A stretch of 12,160 nucleotides of DNA from a virus (lineage: Duplodnaviria > Heunggongvirae > Uroviricota > Caudoviricetes): IMG/VR virus record IMGVR_UViG_2728369554_000008, positions 1 through 12,160 of that record; one strand, 5' to 3'. The position numbers and the translations under genes were made by a program. Within the stretch, counting starts at the first letter, position 1. Every line of letters begins with the position of its first letter. A model generated the notes under the pieces. That model was not told where the DNA came from and made no database searches. It worked only from the letters and a program-made list of their open reading frames with translations. Positions 6,452 to 12,160 of this stretch are shown piece after piece.

Positions 6452-7114
6452 TTACTCACCAACAGCCCACCAACTGTAATTCATCGATACCGTGTCGCTG
6501 GTTGATGACGTTCTGTAAGCAGAATTAAAGCCGGTTAACGTTGGGTCTTCTGCAGTCATCACGAACCCTCGCCCAGCGCCTAAAGGCGCACCGCCATCAC
6601 CAGAATGAGTAAGCATGGCGCAGTCCGCTTTTTTGGGGAAAGGGATGCTGAATGTAATTCTCATTGTTTGCGTCGATAATTTCGGCGTAACCGCACCACG
6701 ACCATATTGCAGGATTTTCCCGTTGGGTAATTTCATCCATCCATCACCACTGGCAAAAGAGGCCATGTCCGGTATCTGATTTTCCCCTGTTCCAACCCCC
6801 CGTTTCGCCGCTTCTCCCAAACCAAGGTTTTCGAGAGCCGTTGGTACTGTGCCATCCGATTTGATATCACCAAACGGATTCTTGCGGCTTAACAGCAGCG
6901 CACGAAGCGCTGTAAGCAGCTGGTCATGCCGCCCCTTCTCCAGGCTGGCACCGGATGCCTCCACCACGCTGCAAAGCTCCTCCTGCAACATGTCAAAGTA
7001 GTCATCATCCAGATCGGTGGCAGGCGTGCCGGTCTGGGGGTTACCACGGGTAAAACCGTTCTTACCCGCGCCGAACTTATCCTTCTGCGCGGTTTTCGTG
7101 TCTATACGATGCAT
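6452..7114 (-). CDS. Tail-fibre protein (constant N-terminal part fused to the currently expressed variable C-terminal part)
   Basis: N-terminus [67 protein letters not shown] is a conserved prophage tail-fibre N-terminal domain. Crossover site 2 lies inside the gene at 6812-6837, so residues after ALENLGLGE are exchangeable. Confidence 0.9.
   Translation of the reverse strand: MHRIDTKTAQKDKFGAGKNGFTRGNPQTGTPATDLDDDYFDMLQEELCSVVEASGASLEKGRHDQLLTALRALLLSRKNPFGDIKSDGTVPTALENLGLGEAAKRGVGTGENQIPDMASFASGDGWMKLPNGKILQYGRGAVTPKLSTQTMRITFSIPFPKKADCAMLTHSGDGGAPLGAGRGFVMTAEDPTLTGFNSAYRTSSTSDTVSMNYSWWAVGE
6812..6837. repeat. Invertase crossover site 2 (hix/gix-like, 12-2-12), inside the tail-fibre gene
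   Basis: Plus strand TTCTCCCAAACC-AA-GGTTTTCGAGAG, an imperfect palindrome with an AA core. It is inverted relative to site 1 (plus-strand core TT) and resembles hixL as I remember it (TTCTTGAAAACC-AA-GGTTTTTGATAA). Confidence 0.8.
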
Positions 7115-7117
7115 GAA

Positions 7118-7702
7118 TTACTCCGGATATTTAAAAATTACGTAGGTATGCGACGGGCAGAGTTTGTTAAGCACACACTCGACAACGGTGTCGCCCCAGA
7201 TACGCAGTGCGGAATCACAGGGATCGCCACATGTCATCCAGGTGGTGTTGGTGGCGGCTGGCATGTTGACCTGCCAGTAATACCGCCATTCCGGCGCATT
7301 CACCGCGTCAGTACAGGCCGATGAGCAGGTGAACGTGCTTTTGTCGTATCGCGTGATGGTGGCGTCTGGTCTGCCCAGGGCAGCAAGCTGTGCAAGGTAA
7401 AAATCCTCATTGATGCCGCCCGCCAGGTTAACCTTCGCATCCAGTCGTTGCTGACGCTGGCGAAGGGTCTGTGTCCCTGCGGGAATACATTCATCCGGCA
7501 GGCCGCACAGACGCTCCCAGCGGTTTATCAGTTCGGTGGTGGTGCGCGGATCCAGCTCCCGCATCAGGGCATCCGCACGCTGATGAACGCGGGTTAATGA
7601 CGGTGCCGCACCGGCAATCGCCGGATCTCTGGCTGACCACGCCGGACCGGGGGGCAACAGTGCCGACAACAGACGGATGTAATCATCGTTTGTCACGTCC
7701 AT
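7118..7702 (-). CDS. Mu gp48-like tail/baseplate protein (DUF2313, e14 YmfQ-like), 194 aa
   Basis: Lies directly upstream of the tail-fibre gene with a 3-nt gap, and its size and position match Mu gp48 and e14 YmfQ. Assigned by position and remembered family features; no search was run. Confidence 0.8.
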   Translation of the reverse strand: MDVTNDDYIRLLSALLPPGPAWSARDPAIAGAAPSLTRVHQRADALMRELDPRTTTELINRWERLCGLPDECIPAGTQTLRQRQQRLDAKVNLAGGINEDFYLAQLAALGRPDATITRYDKSTFTCSSACTDAVNAPEWRYYWQVNMPAATNTTWMTCGDPCDSALRIWGDTVVECVLNKLCPSHTYVIFKYPE

Positions 7703-8751
7703 GAAATCGTCCCCAGTACCGCCAGTTCATTTTTTGCAATGGAGATATTGTCTGCCGGTGCAAGCAACTGATGGCTGTATTCCCCGTTCGCACCGGAAAT
7801 CGCCTCACTGATACGCGACACCTTCAGTTCTCCCTGCGGATAACCATCACGCAGCAGGAACGAACGCAACTCGGCGGTGATGGCAGCCCGTATTTCCGGT
7901 GTGTCCGGCGTCACGCGGATATGAAAATCCACTTTATGCGCCACCGGCCTGAATACATACAAATCAGAGCCTGCCACCGGGGCCAGTGGCTCAATGTGTT
8001 GTCTTGCCGCCGTTTCCGTTGATTCTTCCGGAATGGGATTAATCAGGTCACTGCCGGCAATCATCACACCGACAGTCCCCGTTCCCATCCAGTGGCGGTA
8101 TGTCCATGCGCGGGTAATGCCGGGCACTTCTTTAGCCCAGACAACATAGTCCCCGTCAGCCCCGCCCTGAGGAGTCCAGTAATACCGCTCAATGACGCGG
8201 GCGCGCCACGTTTCCAGATCTTCAGTATCAAATCCACCTGTCAGAGTGTCTGCCACGCCGGAAGACGGCAGACCATTAACCGGCGTGACCAGGATTAATG
8301 ACGTACCGTCGTCAGCGTTACCGACCGTGCCTGCACTTGAGCAGGCGATCGGCACGCGCAGGACACCACCGGCGCTGGTTGCATCGGCAGTTGCCGTGTA
8401 CTGAACCAGGTCATCGCGCTGAATAACACTCCCGGCGGTCACCTTCAGGCCATCGCTGACGCCTTCCCAGCGCATATACCCGCTGGCAGTCGTGGCCCCC
8501 TTGCGCGGACACCGTTTCATCGCAGCATGTCGCGCCAGCCAGGACTCATCGCACAGGTCAGGCAGCATGTTCATTGCCAGATAATCGATGTACCCGTAAA
8601 CCGTATGCAGCGCCGCCGCATACACCTTTGCCCGCACGTCTTCATCCATGCGCCGGAGCGTGTCGCTGACGTCCAGCCTGGCGAATAAATCGTTACGGAG
8701 CATACTGATATTTTCTGCCAGCGTCGGGCGCTGAAATTCACTGTCCGCCAT
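7693..8751 (-). CDS. Baseplate J-like protein (Mu gp47 homologue), 352 aa
   Basis: Size and position in the operon match Mu gp47. Its 3' end overlaps the gp48-like start by 10 nt. Confidence 0.85.
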   Translation of the reverse strand: MADSEFQRPTLAENISMLRNDLFARLDVSDTLRRMDEDVRAKVYAAALHTVYGYIDYLAMNMLPDLCDESWLARHAAMKRCPRKGATTASGYMRWEGVSDGLKVTAGSVIQRDDLVQYTATADATSAGGVLRVPIACSSAGTVGNADDGTSLILVTPVNGLPSSGVADTLTGGFDTEDLETWRARVIERYYWTPQGGADGDYVVWAKEVPGITRAWTYRHWMGTGTVGVMIAGSDLINPIPEESTETAARQHIEPLAPVAGSDLYVFRPVAHKVDFHIRVTPDTPEIRAAITAELRSFLLRDGYPQGELKVSRISEAISGANGEYSHQLLAPADNISIAKNELAVLGTISWT

Positions 8752-9166
8752 GCGTTATCGCACTCCACAGATCATCAAAAGAAATCATTACCGGTCCGTC
8801 ACGACGCCAGAGAGTGATACTGTTACCCAGTTCATTAATCCCGGTGCGGCGGATATCCAGATCAATACGGGACACCACGCCGTCATCAATCATCCATTGC
8901 AGGCATTCGCGGATATACCCCCTTACCGTCAGCACCAGTTGATTGGTCAGTTTGCTGCGCTGAAGCAGCCACAGTCGGGAGCCGTAACGGTCATTCTGTA
9001 CCGCAGGCCAGGTATCCCCCCACCATCCCATCGGGACTTCGGCGTTGTCATCAGGCTCCGCCCGCCGCCAGGTAAACAGGGAAATCACCACAGCGCGGGT
9101 CAGCGGATCCAGCTGTGCGCTGGCGCAGGTGCGTTTACCGTTCACCGTCAGCCACAGTTCCATCAT
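8738..9166 (-). CDS. Mu gp46-like baseplate protein (Phage GP46 family), 142 aa
   Basis: Small protein between the gp45-like and gp47-like genes, overlapping both neighbours, as in Mu. Confidence 0.8.
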   Translation of the reverse strand: MMELWLTVNGKRTCASAQLDPLTRAVVISLFTWRRAEPDDNAEVPMGWWGDTWPAVQNDRYGSRLWLLQRSKLTNQLVLTVRGYIRECLQWMIDDGVVSRIDLDIRRTGINELGNSITLWRRDGPVMISFDDLWSAITHGGQ

Positions 9167-9711
9167 GCCTCCATCGCTTTATCAGGTTTGTCGGTGTTAC
9201 TGCCCTGACCGTTCTCTCTGTGACGATGCCCGTTATAGGCAAGCCGCATCGCTGACATGGTGGTACCGCCGGAGTCGCACAGGTCTTTCACCTGTCCGGT
9301 CACTTCCAGGTCCATTTCAAAACGTGCTCTGGGCGCATTGCGAAACGTGATCGTTTTACCTGCACCGTCCACCACAATCCCCTCCCGGGTCAGCGTCACG
9401 GACTGCCCCTGATCGTCATAGACCGCCACCTCACCCGTCTGCAGCCCTTTCAGGCGGTAGCGCCGGTCCGACACCGTAACAACCACCGCATGAGAACGGT
9501 CACCATCCGGAAACAACACCACCGCTTCCGCACCGCTGTTTGCCCTTGCGGTAAAACCGTAGGGTTCAAGATGTTCAACCCCGGCTTTGGGTTCACCGGC
9601 AATCAGGGACACATCCACGGTCTGACATTTCGTGGCGGCACTGATGCTTTTCACCACTGCCCGCCCAATCAGCCCGAGGAGTTGTCGCTGCATGGCTTCA
9701 ATCGTCCTCAT
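9163..9711 (-). CDS. Baseplate assembly/spike protein V-like (Mu gp45 homologue), 182 aa
   Basis: Position and size match Mu gp45. Stop and start overlap the neighbours (ATGA-type coupling). Confidence 0.8.
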   Translation of the reverse strand: MRTIEAMQRQLLGLIGRAVVKSISAATKCQTVDVSLIAGEPKAGVEHLEPYGFTARANSGAEAVVLFPDGDRSHAVVVTVSDRRYRLKGLQTGEVAVYDDQGQSVTLTREGIVVDGAGKTITFRNAPRARFEMDLEVTGQVKDLCDSGGTTMSAMRLAYNGHRHRENGQGSNTDKPDKAMEA

Positions 9712-10790
9712 CAGAACGGGTCCTCCTGTACTCTGGCTTTTTTCTTTTTCCGCGCGCCGGGGGCTTCGGGTTCAGGCAGATAAGCATCAGGCGGGCCGAC
9801 ACGGATTTCCGTCAGGGTGCCGTTCTGGTCCTGAGTAAACGTGACTTCCGAGACAAGCAGTTCGGTATTGTCGAAACCACAGACAGGATCGAAGACAATC
9901 ACCCGCTGGTTGGGCTGCCACAGCGTACCGTTACCCTGTCGCCAGCCCTGCACCACATAGGTGGTTTCATCCGTCCGCGCCGCCCGTTGCCGGGCTTCAA
10001 AGTCAGCACGCGCAATACAGCCTGCCCCCGTAGCCTGCCCTGTCTGCCTGATATACATCGGACGGTAACGGGCAATAAATGCGTCTTCTGTGCGGGCCCG
10101 CAGCGCGGTGGTGGTGGCCTCACCGAAATCATCGTCGTTTCCGGCACGCTGCCCCGCCACCTGGTAAACAGAAAACCGCTCCCGGATACTCTTCTCCGTA
10201 TCGCAGGAAAGGATGTTTTCCCCAAGTACCAGCGCGGTATGTGCCCGCGTTGAGCCAATACCGCCAATCACCAGCCTGCCGTGCGGGTCGTCGTAAGCCA
10301 GCGCCTGCTGCTGACCGAGTATTTTGTTGATCACCTCAATCACCGTTTCACCGTGATCAGGCTGGACATCAGGAATAACACCCGACGGCGCACCGCTGTT
10401 CACCACCTCAATGCCGAAAGGCGCAGCAAGCGCCTGCGCAATCTGAACCAGCGATCGTCCGTTAAACTGTGTCGGTTCGGCTGCACAGTCAATCAGGTCA
10501 GCGGTCAGACTACGCCCAGCAATACCGGTGCTGACCGAACGGGCATCATAACGAACGGGAGTCGCCTCCACCCAGCCGGTGATCACCAGCTCATCACCAA
10601 TCAGCACTTCCACTTTTGAACCGTTTTTAATACGCGGCTGAAGCGTGGTGATACCCTCATCTCCCGGCCACTGGCGGGTGATCTCCACACTGAAATCCCG
10701 CGTCAGCCGTTCAATACCGGCACCGATGCGCACCGATGTCCAGCCATTCCACTCCCGGCCATTTACCCGTAGCGTGACGTTATCATTCAT
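9711..10790 (-). CDS. Mu gp44(P)-like baseplate hub / phage late control D-family protein, 359 aa
   Basis: Position between the gp43-like and gp45-like genes, with a lysine-rich C-terminus (ARKKKKARVQEDPF). High G+C and translationally coupled to neighbours. Confidence 0.8.
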   Translation of the reverse strand: MNDNVTLRVNGREWNGWTSVRIGAGIERLTRDFSVEITRQWPGDEGITTLQPRIKNGSKVEVLIGDELVITGWVEATPVRYDARSVSTGIAGRSLTADLIDCAAEPTQFNGRSLVQIAQALAAPFGIEVVNSGAPSGVIPDVQPDHGETVIEVINKILGQQQALAYDDPHGRLVIGGIGSTRAHTALVLGENILSCDTEKSIRERFSVYQVAGQRAGNDDDFGEATTTALRARTEDAFIARYRPMYIRQTGQATGAGCIARADFEARQRAARTDETTYVVQGWRQGNGTLWQPNQRVIVFDPVCGFDNTELLVSEVTFTQDQNGTLTEIRVGPPDAYLPEPEAPGARKKKKARVQEDPF

Positions 10791-12160
10791 AGCACTGGCA
10801 CCTTCAGAGGGATCACCGGCACAAAGCCGGGATGCGTAATGGCATTACGCCGGATAATGTCCGCGTCACGCGCCGCGTTATCAAACCAGGTCGCCGCCAG
10901 CACCAGCGCGGGTAAGACCTCATCCGGCGTGCGCTGAATGATCCGTGCAGACTGTTCAAGGCGCGTGTTGATATCCGCATTCAGATCTGCTTTCACCCGG
11001 CGCAGCGCCAGAAACAGCGCATCACTGGTTGTACGGGACAACTCCTTATCAATTGCCGTATTCAGTGTGTCGCGAATGTCAGTCAGTTCTTCCCACGTCG
11101 GCAGGTCAACCGTGTTTTTCACCGCCGGTGCATTGTTCAGTGCCGGATGCGTGACGGAAGGCCAGCCGGTGCTCTGCGCGGGTGTTGTTGACTGCCCCAC
11201 TGCGGCATTCTGCATCACCGCGGAAATTGTTGGCGCAGGCAATCGGGTGATGGCATACGCCGCTTCGCTGATTGCGGTCGTACGAAGGGTGCTGGCAACC
11301 ACGTTACGCTGCTGCGTTGCCGTGGCGGTGGTTTTACTGTCCGTTTTCCAGACGCCGCGCGGTTGCAGATCGCTGCCGAGGCTGACACCGGAAAGCGTTT
11401 TGATCATGGTGACCAGGTCGCTGGCGTTACCATAAAGGCGTTTCCCGGTACGCCACATTTTCTGCACCTGCTCAACGAAATTTTTGCCTGACGATGGCGG
11501 CGGCAGAAGTACCGAGATATCCCCCTGCAACAGCCTGGCGGCATCCGATACGGCAGAATCCACCACTTTCATCGCATCAGAAACATACCCCAGCATTATG
11601 CTGGCATTACCGATAACGTCGTTCTGCACGAAATCCGCCACACCATCGATACTGAAACCGCTGAAGCTGTCACTGATGCAGTCATCCAGTGCAGAACAGG
11701 ATGACATCAGCGTCTGCGCCGTCGCCACACCTGATGTGGGGTAAGAGAGTTCTCCTGCTTCGACAAACTTCAGGTCAAAGCGGACAATACGCCCTTCACT
11801 TTTCGATGTGCTGACCCGAACTTCCCCGTCAACACAGACTTTCAGCTCACCATATGTCGGGTGGACAAGCGTGCCGGGACCGGGTTTATTCAGCGCTTCA
11901 ATCAGGCGATCGCGCTGGTCAAAGCAGTCATCTCCCACCACATAAGCTGTGATGGACGGGCGGAAAGTGACTTTTCCCAGATCTTCGGTATAGGGCTTGT
12001 CGCGGTTCGGGTATTCGTGCGTTTCCACACGACGACCGGTTCCCGCACTTTCTTCTTCAACCTTAAACGGCACACCTCGAAATGATGCTTCAAGTAGCTT
12101 TTCACGCCAGCCACTTCGAGAATCAGAGGATAGGTACGAAGAAATATGAGAAAAATCCAT
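10787..12160 (-). CDS. Mu gp43(N)-like DNA circularisation protein; the ATG coincides with the window edge, so the true start may lie outside
   Basis: N-terminal region WREKLLEASFRGVPFKVEEESAGTGRRVETHEYPNRDKPYTEDLGKV...GPGTLVHPTYGEL matches the DNA circularisation N-terminal domain as I remember it, followed by a long Ala/Thr/Ser-rich region. Overlaps the gp44-like start by 4 nt. Confidence 0.85.
   Translation of the reverse strand: MDFSHISSYLSSDSRSGWREKLLEASFRGVPFKVEEESAGTGRRVETHEYPNRDKPYTEDLGKVTFRPSITAYVVGDDCFDQRDRLIEALNKPGPGTLVHPTYGELKVCVDGEVRVSTSKSEGRIVRFDLKFVEAGELSYPTSGVATAQTLMSSCSALDDCISDSFSGFSIDGVADFVQNDVIGNASIMLGYVSDAMKVVDSAVSDAARLLQGDISVLLPPPSSGKNFVEQVQKMWRTGKRLYGNASDLVTMIKTLSGVSLGSDLQPRGVWKTDSKTTATATQQRNVVASTLRTTAISEAAYAITRLPAPTISAVMQNAAVGQSTTPAQSTGWPSVTHPALNNAPAVKNTVDLPTWEELTDIRDTLNTAIDKELSRTTSDALFLALRRVKADLNADINTRLEQSARIIQRTPDEVLPALVLAATWFDNAARDADIIRRNAITHPGFVPVIPLKVPVL

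Larger units (their letters stand above)
4903..6837. other. Invertible tail-fibre host-range segment (G/P/C-segment-like), about 1.9 kb
   Basis: Bounded by inverted 26-bp sites at 4903-4928 and 6812-6837. It contains two fibre C-terminal cassettes and two tail-fibre assembly genes in opposed orientation, with the invertase gene immediately outside. Confidence 0.85.
538..12160. mobile_element. Invertase-proximal arm of an integrated prophage (Mu-like baseplate/tail-fibre module, invertible segment, invertase, accessory cargo); continues beyond the window
   Basis: Contiguous phage tail and baseplate genes in conserved Mu order, a serine invertase with flanking inverted crossover sites, and a tRNA-derived att-like remnant at 494-537. 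Boundaries are inferred, not demonstrated. Confidence 0.7.

Noticed and set aside
6926-10619. Numerous plus-strand ORFs of 64-152 aa across the baseplate operon (for example 6926-7324, 8750-9208, 9490-9783, 10281-10619)
   Set aside because: They are antisense to well-supported, translationally coupled phage genes in high-G+C DNA, where long spurious ORFs are expected. Their translations are Arg/Pro/Gly-rich and low in complexity.
1-12160. CRISPR array, rRNA, or long tandem repeats
   Set aside because: No regularly spaced direct repeats or rRNA-like conserved stretches were seen on reading the sequence; a proper repeat scan was not possible.
4290-12160. Right end of a transposable Mu prophage (gin-com-mom-attR)
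   Set aside because: The tail module and invertase are Mu-like, but no com/mom-like genes follow the invertase and the element end carries a tRNA-derived repeat and integrase fragment. A mosaic integrase-type prophage is the better fit.

Overview
The window is the invertase-proximal end of an integrated prophage. From 12160 down to about 4290 the minus strand carries a tightly packed Mu-like baseplate and tail-fibre operon in the order gp43(N)-gp44(P)-gp45-gp46-gp47(baseplate J)-gp48-tail fibre-Tfa. It ends in a roughly 1.9 kb invertible host-range segment (4903-6837) bounded by inverted 26-bp hix/gix-like sites, and a Pin/Gin/Hin-family serine invertase (4290-4847). An AT-rich accessory region (about 540-4290) follows, with three ORFs of no recognisable phage function: a zinc-ribbon plus DUF4145-like protein, a protein with two hydrophobic segments, and an acidic hypothetical protein. 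This sits in the slot that mcrA occupies next to pinE in e14 and mom next to gin in Mu, and is the best candidate here for an undescribed accessory or defence module. The left edge holds a tRNA 3'-half remnant (494-537, tRNA-Thr(CGU)-like) and a 112-aa fragment of a P4-type integrase (1-339), suggesting a junction between tandem or decayed integrative elements. All calls are by eye from the sequence and ORF track; no searches or computations were run, and family assignments rest on remembered motifs.
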